From an uncultured Desulfurococcales archaeon (GTDB lineage Archaea; Thermoproteota; Thermoprotei_A; Sulfolobales; Acidilobaceae): a DNA stretch of 43,619 nt. The stretch covers positions 7,687 to 51,305 of the forward strand of contig CAYFFY010000001.1 in NCBI GenBank assembly GCA_964342635.1, written 5' to 3'. The notes beneath the pieces were generated by a model. That model was given only the letters and a program-made list of their open reading frames with translations, had not been told where the DNA came from and did not search any database. This document shows, piece by piece, positions 27,962 to 36,322 of this stretch. The position numbers and the translations under genes were made by a program. Within the stretch, counting starts at the first letter, position 1, and each line of letters begins with the position of its first letter.

Positions 27962-29389
27962 TTAAGCGCTCTGCGACCTTGAATGGCCCATAACCTCATC
28001 AACGACCTCAGCGTAGAGGAAGCCGAGTATTATCCAGGCAAGCAACACGTTTGACTCCGACCTAAGCTGCGAGGAGGCAAGGCTGCTGATGAGGGCCCAG
28101 CCGCTGTAGAGCGCCGCTACGAGCCCTGTCAAGACTCCAAGGGACCTCTTGGCTATCCAGCTGAACGCCTTAAGGGACCCGTAGATCATAGCCCTCCTGA
28201 GCGCCTTTGCCTCCTCAACAAGGTAGGCAACATTGGCCGATATGTGGACGAAGAGGTTTGCCATACCAGCTAGGGCGCCGTATATCAGGAAGAACGTGAA
28301 AGGCCTCGCCGTCACGACGAGGGCTGGGATAACGACAAGCGCGTAGAGCAGTATTGTAGCCAGGACTGCGTTAAATGGGTGTGACCCCCTTATGTGGCCC
28401 AGCTGCCCTGGCAGCATGTTGTTCCGGGCCATGGCGTAGATAGTCCTGGAAGTCGCCGCCATGAAGGAGAGCGGCGCGAGGACGCCGTCGTTGAAGGCAG
28501 CAAATAGGAGGGGGATGAAGGCAAGGTCCCTGTAGTACAGCCTCATGAAGTCAAGTACTGGAACCCTCGCGGACAGTATGTAATTGATTTTGCCGCTGTA
28601 CAGGCCGGCGTCAATCATAGAGTACACCACAGCGGCTGTTAGGAGCCCGCCAAGAATTACAACCAGGATCGCCGCCCTCCCAACGTCCTCCTTCTTGACG
28701 GCCTCCCCGGCCAGGGGTGTTATAGAGCCGTACCCTGTAGGGATCCCTACCGCAAACAGGATCGCGGCGGCAAGGGTCTCTGAACTGGGCCAGCCTACGT
28801 GGAGGGGGTTGTACAGGCGGAGCCTGACGAGGGCCAGGTCGGCCACTATTATGAAGACCAGGGCAGCGAGCTCAATAGACGCCGCGACCTCGGCGTACCT
28901 GGCTGATGGTCTTATACCAAGGGCAAGGAAGAGCGAGGAAAGGATCAGTATGATCACCGAGCCCAGGAGAGGGCTCAGCCCGAGCGCGTATCTGAGTATG
29001 TACGTGGCGCCCATCACGTAGGCCGCGCCGTACAGTACAGAGTAAAGTATGTATGTCCACCCGGTCTCAAGGCCTAGCCTTCGAGTCATGCTGTATAGGG
29101 CATATATGTAGTAACCGCCGACCTCCCCATACCTCTTTGACAGGCCGTAGACGGATACGGCGTTCAGCAACACAACGAGGGTGCCGAGCATTATGACCAG
29201 GGGGGCCGCGTACCCAACGTATATCACCACGCCGGTCGCGTATGACAGGAGGCTGAGGAGCGCTGCCTGCCCGCCGAAAGAGAGGAATACGAGGTCTTTG
29301 AACGTAAGCGCCCTGACCAGGCCAGAGCCCTGGCTCGCCTCACCTCCAGACCCTGGTCGTGCGTTAGCGGCGTCGGCCCTATTTGTCAT
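27962..29389 (-). CDS. APC family amino acid permease
   Basis: About 12 hydrophobic helices, GGYYIY, SRTIYAMARNNMLP; ATG at 29389 is about 25 bp downstream of a minus-strand CTTAAAA. Confidence 0.9.
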   Translation of the reverse strand: MTNRADAANARPGSGGEASQGSGLVRALTFKDLVFLSFGGQAALLSLLSYATGVVIYVGYAAPLVIMLGTLVVLLNAVSVYGLSKRYGEVGGYYIYALYSMTRRLGLETGWTYILYSVLYGAAYVMGATYILRYALGLSPLLGSVIILILSSLFLALGIRPSARYAEVAASIELAALVFIIVADLALVRLRLYNPLHVGWPSSETLAAAILFAVGIPTGYGSITPLAGEAVKKEDVGRAAILVVILGGLLTAAVVYSMIDAGLYSGKINYILSARVPVLDFMRLYYRDLAFIPLLFAAFNDGVLAPLSFMAATSRTIYAMARNNMLPGQLGHIRGSHPFNAVLATILLYALVVIPALVVTARPFTFFLIYGALAGMANLFVHISANVAYLVEEAKALRRAMIYGSLKAFSWIAKRSLGVLTGLVAALYSGWALISSLASSQLRSESNVLLAWIILGFLYAEVVDEVMGHSRSQSA

Positions 29390-29443
29390 CGCATAAGTTA
29401 TTCTCAATATGGGTTTTAAGCATTGCTAGACCGAACGTAGCCG

Positions 29444-29917
29444 TTGAGCGCGAAGCCGGTGAAGCACACAGACGACGAGGCCTGCGGCTACAAGATCGAG
29501 CTCGAGAGATCGTTACAAGAGGTACTGGACCTAAAGGCGCAGTACGAGTCCATGTACGCGGACCTATCGTCGATACTGGCCGCTGAAGACGAGCTGACCT
29601 CATGCCTAAGGCTACACGTTGAGGGGTACTTTGAAAACCTTAGCCCCCCGCCGCAACCTGAAAGGCTGAACTTCGACACCCAAGTTAAGGTAGATGAGGA
29701 TATGGGCTGCGAAGAGGCGTTAAGGGCCCTGTTAACCCTTAGGTCACGCGCGTCGTCGCTTAACTTCATGCTCGCCGAGCTCAGGGGCTTCCTAATTAAT
29801 GAGATCATTAGACTGGCCGGGCTTGTCGGCCTATGCAGGCACTATGAGCCGGAGCTAGCGGAGAAGGCCTACTCTAACGTCCTTGACGTCAACCTAAGGA
29901 GATACCTGGCCCTGTGA
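29444..29917 (+). CDS. Hypothetical alpha-helical/coiled-coil protein
   Basis: 157 aa, heptad-like Leu/Glu pattern; TTTTAAG upstream. Confidence 0.65.
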   Translation: MSAKPVKHTDDEACGYKIELERSLQEVLDLKAQYESMYADLSSILAAEDELTSCLRLHVEGYFENLSPPPQPERLNFDTQVKVDEDMGCEEALRALLTLRSRASSLNFMLAELRGFLINEIIRLAGLVGLCRHYEPELAEKAYSNVLDVNLRRYLAL

Positions 29918-30358
29918 CGTTAACGCCCTTCCGACAGCCCTCCCCTTATCGACCAGGGTGTAAACAGCGTAGATGACCTCGGCTATCACGAGCGCCTGCA
30001 CAGGGTCAAAGACGTAGCTTACGTGCCCGGATAGGCTTGTCAGGGCCTCAACCAGGGGGTACAGCGTGACCTTTGCGTGGAGCAAGACAGCGTCGTAGGT
30101 TAAGTGCCCCGCGTCAGCGCCCAACATGAGGCCCAGCGGGACGTACCTGAGCCTGGCATATGTGAGAATAGCGAGCACGTAGATGAGAAGGCCTACGTCT
30201 ACGACAAGGCCGGCCGCCTGGGACCCGCCCCAGGCCGCGAGGTAGCCGAGCACCGCCAACAGCGTCGCGAAGATTACTACCACCAGCACGACGGCCTTCT
30301 CACCGCTCACCGTGTCCTGTTTTGGCCCCTGGCTCACAACCCACCCCCTTGCCAACAT
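29894..30358 (-). CDS. Hypothetical membrane protein
   Basis: Three to four hydrophobic segments; shares a TTTAAAAA divergent promoter region with the methyltransferase. Confidence 0.65.
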   Translation of the reverse strand: MLARGWVVSQGPKQDTVSGEKAVVLVVVIFATLLAVLGYLAAWGGSQAAGLVVDVGLLIYVLAILTYARLRYVPLGLMLGADAGHLTYDAVLLHAKVTLYPLVEALTSLSGHVSYVFDPVQALVIAEVIYAVYTLVDKGRAVGRALTSQGQVSP

Positions 30359-30372
30359 CCTAGTAACGCGGC

Positions 30373-30380
30373 TTTAAAAA
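30373..30380. promoter_or_regulatory. TATA-like box between divergent genes
   Basis: TTTAAAAA in a GC-rich background, about 35 bp before the ATG at 30415. Confidence 0.5.
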
Positions 30381-30414
30381 CGGCCTAAGGACAATGACCG
30401 CTGGGAGACGCTAG

Positions 30415-31020
30415 ATGTTTAGGCATGGACGCCGCGGGGGCTTCGAGTCAGAGGCGCTCATTAATGCGGTGATAGACAACATAGGCCTCTCCAAGGGGAT
30501 GACGGTGGCAGACCTGGGCTCTGGGGCGGGAAGATTCACCTTAGGGATTGCCAGTGCCGTTGGACCTGATGGCAAGGTCTACGCCATAGACGTCGATGAG
30601 GGCGCGCTCAGGGAGCTCCAGGGGAGGGCAAGGTCCCTAGGGATCAACAACGTGGAGACCATAAGGGCTGACCTAACTCAGGGCATCCCGCTGCCCCCCT
30701 CGTCCATAGACGTTGCCTTCATGGCCAACGTGCTTCACGGCTTCGTCCACTCAGGCTCGGGGGAGGCGGTTGTGAAGGAGGTTGAGAGGGTCTTGAGGTC
30801 AGGGGGCCTATTCATCGTGGTCGACTTCATCAAGTCCCTTACGGCCTTCGGGCCGCCGCCGTGGATCAGGGTCAGCCCCGAGGAGGTAGTTGACCTTGTC
30901 GCTAAGGCCTCGACCCTGTTAAGACTTGAGGAAAGGCGAGACGATATAGGGTTCTCGCACTACCTGCTTAAGTTCAGAAAGGCCTTCAGCCCAGGGCTGC
31001 AGACGAAGGGTTCGACATAA
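30415..31020 (+). CDS. Class I SAM-dependent methyltransferase (UbiE-like)
   Basis: VADLGSGAG, VYAID, D..FMANVLH, RVLRSGG. Confidence 0.9.
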   Translation: MFRHGRRGGFESEALINAVIDNIGLSKGMTVADLGSGAGRFTLGIASAVGPDGKVYAIDVDEGALRELQGRARSLGINNVETIRADLTQGIPLPPSSIDVAFMANVLHGFVHSGSGEAVVKEVERVLRSGGLFIVVDFIKSLTAFGPPPWIRVSPEEVVDLVAKASTLLRLEERRDDIGFSHYLLKFRKAFSPGLQTKGST

Positions 31021-31087
31021 AGCCAAAACGCTCGGGTCAGTTATACCCATAGGCGCGGGCCGCCCCACAAAGACCTTATCGCCATGA

Positions 31088-32137
31088 CTAGCAGAGGTCC
31101 CTTACCTCTGGGTTCCTTATCTTGAACCTCTCGTTCCTGGCGACCAGGCCCCTTTCATGGTAGGCGAGGGCCTCCCAGAAGCCGTCAATGTACTCCCCCT
31201 CAACGCTTATCCTGGTGACCCACTTGGCTCCCTTCCAGCCATATAGGTTAGGGTTGAACAGCCTGGCCGGCCCACCGTTCTCAGGTCCCAGAGGCTTTCC
31301 GTCCAAGCTAAGCACAAGCAACGTCCTACTGGCCTCATTCAACGGGATCACTGAAGAGTACCCGGTCGCGCTCTCGGCGTAGACCCAGCCTGCCCCAGGC
31401 GCACCACCGACTTCCCTCAGGAGGTCGCTTAGCAAGACGCCCTCGTACCTCCTCCCCTTCACGGTCCAGCCTGTGACGCAATGGAAGTCGAGGGGACCTT
31501 GATCCATTGAAGCGGCCTTGATATAGTCGTATCCGAGGACCTTCCGCTTGCCGCCTGACTCTAGCGTGAGGCCCCACGACTGCGCAGGGATCCTGGGTAT
31601 CTGGCCCTCCGCCACGTATATGACGAACTTTGGAATTGTGACCTGGCCGACGGGAGCTTCTTCGCCTGGGCAGTCAACAGATGCCTCCCTGTAGCCCACG
31701 TTGAGGCCTACCTCAAGGACGCGCCCAGCTGACATCTCCTCAACTACGTCAGGCGGAACTATGCCTAACGCGCCCGCATATAGGACCCCGGACACGTTGA
31801 GGGGGATCCCCTTCCTTACCGCGAGCCTCAGCTCGCCAAACTCGGCGGAGCCAAAGAGCAGCCTGAACTTGTAGAGCTCGAAAGACCTCCCTATCAGCTC
31901 CCTCTCGGAGAACAGCGGGGTTGAATCGACCTTGAGCAGGTCCCTGACGAGGCTGACCGCCTCCCCCGCCATGTAGTTTACCTCGCCTATCCCGTCTGCT
32001 GAGCCCGAGACGCTGCAGTCTAGAACAATGGAGATCCCGACCTTTGTGAGCCTCCTGTTAAGGTAGGCTCTGCACCCGCTGACAGACCCGGCCAGAGAGA
32101 CCCCTTCCTGTGGAGGCCTGACCCCCTTATTTTTCAC
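31088..32137 (-). CDS. Sulfite oxidase-like molybdopterin oxidoreductase with an extra N-terminal domain; start uncertain (GTG 32137 or CTG 32095)
   Basis: DFHCVTGW, GYSSVIPL, L..ENGGPARL, YGWKGAKW, GFWEALAYHERG. Confidence 0.85.
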   Translation of the reverse strand: MKNKGVRPPQEGVSLAGSVSGCRAYLNRRLTKVGISIVLDCSVSGSADGIGEVNYMAGEAVSLVRDLLKVDSTPLFSERELIGRSFELYKFRLLFGSAEFGELRLAVRKGIPLNVSGVLYAGALGIVPPDVVEEMSAGRVLEVGLNVGYREASVDCPGEEAPVGQVTIPKFVIYVAEGQIPRIPAQSWGLTLESGGKRKVLGYDYIKAASMDQGPLDFHCVTGWTVKGRRYEGVLLSDLLREVGGAPGAGWVYAESATGYSSVIPLNEASRTLLVLSLDGKPLGPENGGPARLFNPNLYGWKGAKWVTRISVEGEYIDGFWEALAYHERGLVARNERFKIRNPEVRDLC

Positions 32138-32148
32138 TAGTACGTTGA

Positions 32149-32684
32149 GGCGGGACCACGCTCGAGAGGCTTGACAAGATCTACAGCGCGACGGCCCGCA
32201 AGGCATACGCTCTTGTCGCGATGTCCTCCCTCTTCGCAAGGGGGGACAAGCAGAGGCACACGCTAGTCGCAGTAGACGAAACCCATAACTTAATAGACGC
32301 GGGGGTGACGCCGTAGGGAGGATGATGGCTGAGTCGAGGAAGTACAGGCTTCACATAGCCATAGCGACGCAGTCCCCCTCATCAATACCCAACGGCGTGC
32401 TGTTGAACTCCAACACCAAGGTAGTCCATGCGCTAAGGAGCCCACGGGACAAGGAGGTCATATCCCAGACCATGAACCTGCACTACGGCCTGCTGGAGGA
32501 GCTTGACAAGCTCAGGACAGGGGAGGCGCTAGTCCAGTCCCCCTCAACCCCCAGACCTGCCCTCGTAAGAGTCGAGCTCAGACCCCCACGCCACGACGGC
32601 GTCGGAGACCTCGTCAAGGGCGAGCCAGTCAATCCTAATGCCGACGTCCCAAGACTCCAGCTTGTCAAAGAACACGCGAAGTGA
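32149..32684 (+). pseudogene. Truncated, frameshifted HerA/FtsK/VirB4-like ATPase remnant
   Basis: One frame gives Walker B TLVAVDETHNL (stop at 32314-32316); the -1 frame continues with ESRKY, ATQSP, NSNTKVVH, L.TGEALV; no Walker A seen. Confidence 0.75.
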
Positions 32685-33173
32685 GCCCTCAACGTCGGTG
32701 CCTGAGGTGTCGACCTCGAAGACCATATCCTCATAGCCTACGAGCTCCCCTGCTATGGCGCCTAGCGCCTCAGCCATTACGTTCTCAAGCACCTTCCTCC
32801 TGCCCCACCCCCTTGCCTCAAGCCTGGACGCGAGCATGAGGGGGTTCGCCCTGAGCAGGGCGACCGCTGCCGTCCCATGGTAGATCTCGTCATCCTCAAG
32901 GAACAGGCTGGGATAGTGTGTCGCGATCACGCTGCAGGGACCCCTGATGCCCTCCTTTACGGCCTCGACGAGCCTGACCTCGTCGATTATCAACGTGTCA
33001 GGCCTCTCTGGGTCGGGTACTCCAAGGGACCTCTCGAGCGCGATACTTGAGGGCTCTATTACGCCGCAGTTCAGCTCAGCTGCTAGCAACCGGGCGAACG
33101 TGCTCTTCCCGACCCCCGGCGTGCCAGCAACTACCAGGGTGAAGGGCTGGAACCCCTCCGCCTCCGGGCCCAA
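32544..33173 (-). CDS. Adenylate kinase 6/Fap7-like nucleotide kinase
   Basis: AGTPGVGKST, IATH, LRANP..L..RL..RGW...KVLENV.AE. Confidence 0.88.
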   Translation of the reverse strand: MGPEAEGFQPFTLVVAGTPGVGKSTFARLLAAELNCGVIEPSSIALERSLGVPDPERPDTLIIDEVRLVEAVKEGIRGPCSVIATHYPSLFLEDDEIYHGTAAVALLRANPLMLASRLEARGWGRRKVLENVMAEALGAIAGELVGYEDMVFEVDTSGTDVEGSLRVFFDKLESWDVGIRIDWLALDEVSDAVVAWGSELDSYEGRSGG

Positions 33174-34201
33174 AGCTTAGACACCTCGTCTATAGGCTGT
33201 GAGCTGTAGACCTCCTGGACGCCGCCCCTCGACACCTTGACGACAGGACTTCTCGACGCGCCTCCAACCCTCCCTATGAACGAGTGCTCAACCCCTAGCC
33301 TCATCAGCACCGACTCAGCCTCACCTGCCCTCTCTGGGGGTACAGTCGCGACCAGTGCGCCGCTGCCCATGGCCTTAAGGGGGTCCACGGAGAGGGCGCC
33401 TAGTATGTCCCTTGTCAGGTCTAGGACCCGCACCCTGTCACCGTCGACCTCCACATCCTTTCCGGACGCCAGGGCGAGCTCGTAGAGGGCACCAAGGAGA
33501 CCCCCTTCAGTGACGTCATGCATGCTCGTCACCACCCCCTCCTCGGCCAGGGCCAGGGCGTAGTTCACCACGCTGAGCCCCTCAAACAGCTTCAGCGCCT
33601 CGCTCAGCGTGTCCTGAGCGACGCCACGTGACATAGCCTCCTCCTTAAAGTCCACGGCCGTGATTACCGTGGCCTCGAGCGCGGCGGGCCCCACCTGGAC
33701 AACCAGGTCACCGGCCCTCGCCCCACCGGTCCTAATTGCGCAACCGTTGCAGGCGCACCCGAACACTGTGGCGACCACGATAGGCCTCGTCAAGTTGGGG
33801 GCGGCCTCGGTGTGGCCGCCGACTATCTCGACGCCGAGCCTCTCGGCCTCCCTCGCCGCGTCCTCTACTATGGCGGCCAGCGACGAAAGCCTGGAGCCAG
33901 CGGGCATCATCACGTCAAGTACGGCCCAGGAGGGCCTTGCCCCCCTAGTCGCCACGTCGTTCGAAGCTACGTCAATAGCCATTGCGCCGACCCTGTAGGT
34001 AGCCTCCGTTATGGGGTCGCTGTGGACGGCCAGGACGCAGCTGCCCATATCTATGAGGGCCGCGTCCTCGCCTACCGCCGGCCCAAGCGTTGTCGAGAGC
34101 CTAGTGAGGCCTGACACCCTGGAAAGTACGAGCTCGGACAGTTCCTGGGTTGGAAGCTTGCCTACCCATCCGCCCTCATACATACCCGGTCCGGCGCCCA
34201 T
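33131..34201 (-). CDS. AIR synthase-related protein (PurM/HypE/ThiL superfamily); start may be ATG 34183
   Basis: GEDAA, HSDPIT, SNDVATRGA, VGGHTE, MHDVTEGGL. Confidence 0.88.
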   Translation of the reverse strand: MGAGPGMYEGGWVGKLPTQELSELVLSRVSGLTRLSTTLGPAVGEDAALIDMGSCVLAVHSDPITEATYRVGAMAIDVASNDVATRGARPSWAVLDVMMPAGSRLSSLAAIVEDAAREAERLGVEIVGGHTEAAPNLTRPIVVATVFGCACNGCAIRTGGARAGDLVVQVGPAALEATVITAVDFKEEAMSRGVAQDTLSEALKLFEGLSVVNYALALAEEGVVTSMHDVTEGGLLGALYELALASGKDVEVDGDRVRVLDLTRDILGALSVDPLKAMGSGALVATVPPERAGEAESVLMRLGVEHSFIGRVGGASRSPVVKVSRGGVQEVYSSQPIDEVSKLWARRRRGSSPSPW

Positions 34202-34228
34202 ACCGGCTGCCCCGTCAAGGAGAAGACG

Positions 34229-35221
34229 TCAATACTCCTCCCTTGCGATCCTGGCCGCCTTGACCATGTTTACCAGCTTCGCCTTAGCCACCTCCCTCGG
34301 GAGCCTCTTGAGGCCGCAGTCGGGGTTTACGTAAACCTTCTCAGGGGGCAGTATGCCAAGTTTCATGAGCCTGTCTATGGACTGCTTTACATCCTCCACT
34401 GTCTCGACCTGCAGCGAGTGCACGTCGAGTAGGCCGTAGCCGAGCTCCTTGTTGTAGCCGTACTCCTTTAGATAGGGGAGCAGCCTGAAGTCGCTGTTCT
34501 TGAACTCGAGGGCGAACTGGTCGACCGGGTAGTCAAGTATGTAAGGGAGCAGCCTCTCAAGGCGGCCGTAGCATATGTGCACTATCCTCTTTACGCCAAG
34601 CCCTGACAGGATATACCTCAGGGCCTCCCCCGCCAGCTCGGCCTCCTCGCGCCAGGGCCTCGTCGACAGCGCCGGCTCATCTACCTGGACGTACTTAGCC
34701 CCTGCCCTGACAGCGTCGAGGACCTCCTCCCTTATTACATTGGCAAGGGCCATTATGAGCTCGTGCCTGTCCCTGTAGTGGAGGTTGAAGCTCCACTCCA
34801 TCATGGTGTAGGGCCCCGTTATGATGAACTTGACGGGCCGGCCTTCGCTTATCGACGCGGCGTAGGCCCAGTCCTCTACTGCGAGCGGGCCCGCCCTCTG
34901 AAGCCCCCCGACTATGACTGGCTTCCTGAAGTACATGTTATCAAATATCCTGACCCACTCGCCCTCGCTGTACCCCTTAACCCTCTGGGCGAAGTACACG
35001 ACCATGTCCTCACGGGACTGCTCTCCATCGCTTATTATGTCAACGCCCGCCTCGAGGTAGTCCTTGACGACCTCGGATATAGGCGTCCTAATGAGCCTGT
35101 GGAACTCCTCTTCGGAGATCTCCCCCTTGTCCCTCCTCTTTATGATCTCCGAGGCCCCCGCGATCTTAGGGTAGCTGCCGATCACCGTCGTCGGGAACTT
35201 TGAGGGAACCTCGTAGCTCAC
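34229..35221 (-). CDS. metE: Cobalamin-independent methionine synthase, catalytic (C-terminal) half
   Basis: [32 protein letters not shown]; Zn ligands in HICYG, E and NPDCGL. Confidence 0.93.
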   Translation of the reverse strand: MSYEVPSKFPTTVIGSYPKIAGASEIIKRRDKGEISEEEFHRLIRTPISEVVKDYLEAGVDIISDGEQSREDMVVYFAQRVKGYSEGEWVRIFDNMYFRKPVIVGGLQRAGPLAVEDWAYAASISEGRPVKFIITGPYTMMEWSFNLHYRDRHELIMALANVIREEVLDAVRAGAKYVQVDEPALSTRPWREEAELAGEALRYILSGLGVKRIVHICYGRLERLLPYILDYPVDQFALEFKNSDFRLLPYLKEYGYNKELGYGLLDVHSLQVETVEDVKQSIDRLMKLGILPPEKVYVNPDCGLKRLPREVAKAKLVNMVKAARIAREEY

Positions 35222-35227
35222 TTCTTC

Positions 35228-36199
35228 TCACCCCCTTATGGCCTCCGCATAGCGGCCCAGAAGGAACGTCTTTCTAAGGCTATATGTGTAGGGGACTACG
35301 TCAAACCATGTAGTTGTAGTTATGCCAGCCTCCCCGTCGTAGCCCCTCAGGGCCTGGCCAACCCATTCCTTTACCCTTTCCAGGCCGTCGTCTTCGATCC
35401 TCCTGGCGTCTATGACGCCAAGCACAGGCCTATGTTCGCCGAACCCGTGCTTGGCTATCAGGTCAAGGGCCCTCTTGGGGGCGTCGGCTAGGTCAAGGGA
35501 GAGGTATGTGGTCTTCGCCTCTAGTATCTCTGTGTAGACCTCGTCACGTGGGACGTCAAAGTACACGGCGAGCACGGTGGGTATCTTGAGCTGGGACGTA
35601 ATGCGATTTATGAGCTCAACGGCTAGCCTGACGTCGTCCTTTGCTGTGTCAGGATCTGAGAGTATGGGCTCATCTATCTGTAAGGCCCCAGCACCCGCGG
35701 CCTCTGCCTGCTTGGCCTCCAGGGAGAGGACAGACGCTATCCCGTCGGCCAGGTCATCCTTGCTCAGGCCTGAGGCGTTCTTTGACATAAGGGTGAAGGT
35801 CAGAGGGCCAGGTATCACGGCCTTCAGCGGTGAAGGTTCAGCGATGGCCAAGTACGATAAGATCCTCGGGGGCCAAACGAACGTGGAGGGGTCGGGCCTG
35901 TCAAGGAAAATAGGTACCCTGTAGAAGAAGTTGTTGTCAAAGTACCTTAGGAGGCCGTCCAGGGCTACGTTCCTCCACGCGCTGACGAAGGGCCTAAATA
36001 TATCGTGCCAGTCCACCATGCCGTCCACGACGAACCTCAGGCCGGCTGCCTCCTGCGCCCCTATCAGGGCCGCCCCCGCCGCCATCACGTTCCAGCCTGA
36101 CTGGGTAGCCGACGTAACGCCCCTCTCGACATCCCTGAGGGCGTGCCTTACCTCCCTCTGCCGAGGGTAGCCCCCGAGCGCCATTGCCCACAGCTCCAA
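35228..36199 (-). CDS. Methionine synthase N-terminal-half homolog (split MetE partner)
   Basis: GGYPR, DGMVDWHD, RYFDNNFFYRVP, PGPLTF, QIDEP; lacks Zn ligands; 6 bp upstream of the catalytic half. Confidence 0.85.
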   Translation of the reverse strand: MELWAMALGGYPRQREVRHALRDVERGVTSATQSGWNVMAAGAALIGAQEAAGLRFVVDGMVDWHDIFRPFVSAWRNVALDGLLRYFDNNFFYRVPIFLDRPDPSTFVWPPRILSYLAIAEPSPLKAVIPGPLTFTLMSKNASGLSKDDLADGIASVLSLEAKQAEAAGAGALQIDEPILSDPDTAKDDVRLAVELINRITSQLKIPTVLAVYFDVPRDEVYTEILEAKTTYLSLDLADAPKRALDLIAKHGFGEHRPVLGVIDARRIEDDGLERVKEWVGQALRGYDGEAGITTTTWFDVVPYTYSLRKTFLLGRYAEAIRG

Positions 36200-36322
36200 G
36201 TTTGGTCCCTGGGGCCGTGATGAGCCCTAGTAAAAAGCCTATTGTTATCCCCTCAGCTGATCAAGGCATCCATATCTCGACTACTTTTAAACCGTGAATT
36301 CTGGGAGAGGCCGGGATGATGC

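Noticed and set aside
31021-31087. 67-bp convergent intergenic as a possible ncRNA
   Set aside because: No tRNA cloverleaf, no complete C/D box set and no strong stem found
32138-32239. Cys/Arg-rich N-terminal extension of the 383-aa oxidoreductase ORF
   Set aside because: It is the antisense reading of the ATPase remnant and lies upstream of the likely promoter
32296-32321. Programmed frameshift or phase variation at G5 in the ATPase remnant
   Set aside because: The run is short and the gene lacks Walker A regardless, so decay is the simpler explanation
36217-36260. Possible C/D box sRNA (GTGATGA ... CTGA) containing TGTTATCCCC, complementary to an rRNA-like GGGGAUAACA
   Set aside because: Only 33 nt between the boxes, no credible D'/C', the complementary stretch ends 4 nt before the D box, and the region contains the minus-strand TTTTTA promoter of the MetE N-half. 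A snoscan or small-RNA-seq check would settle it.
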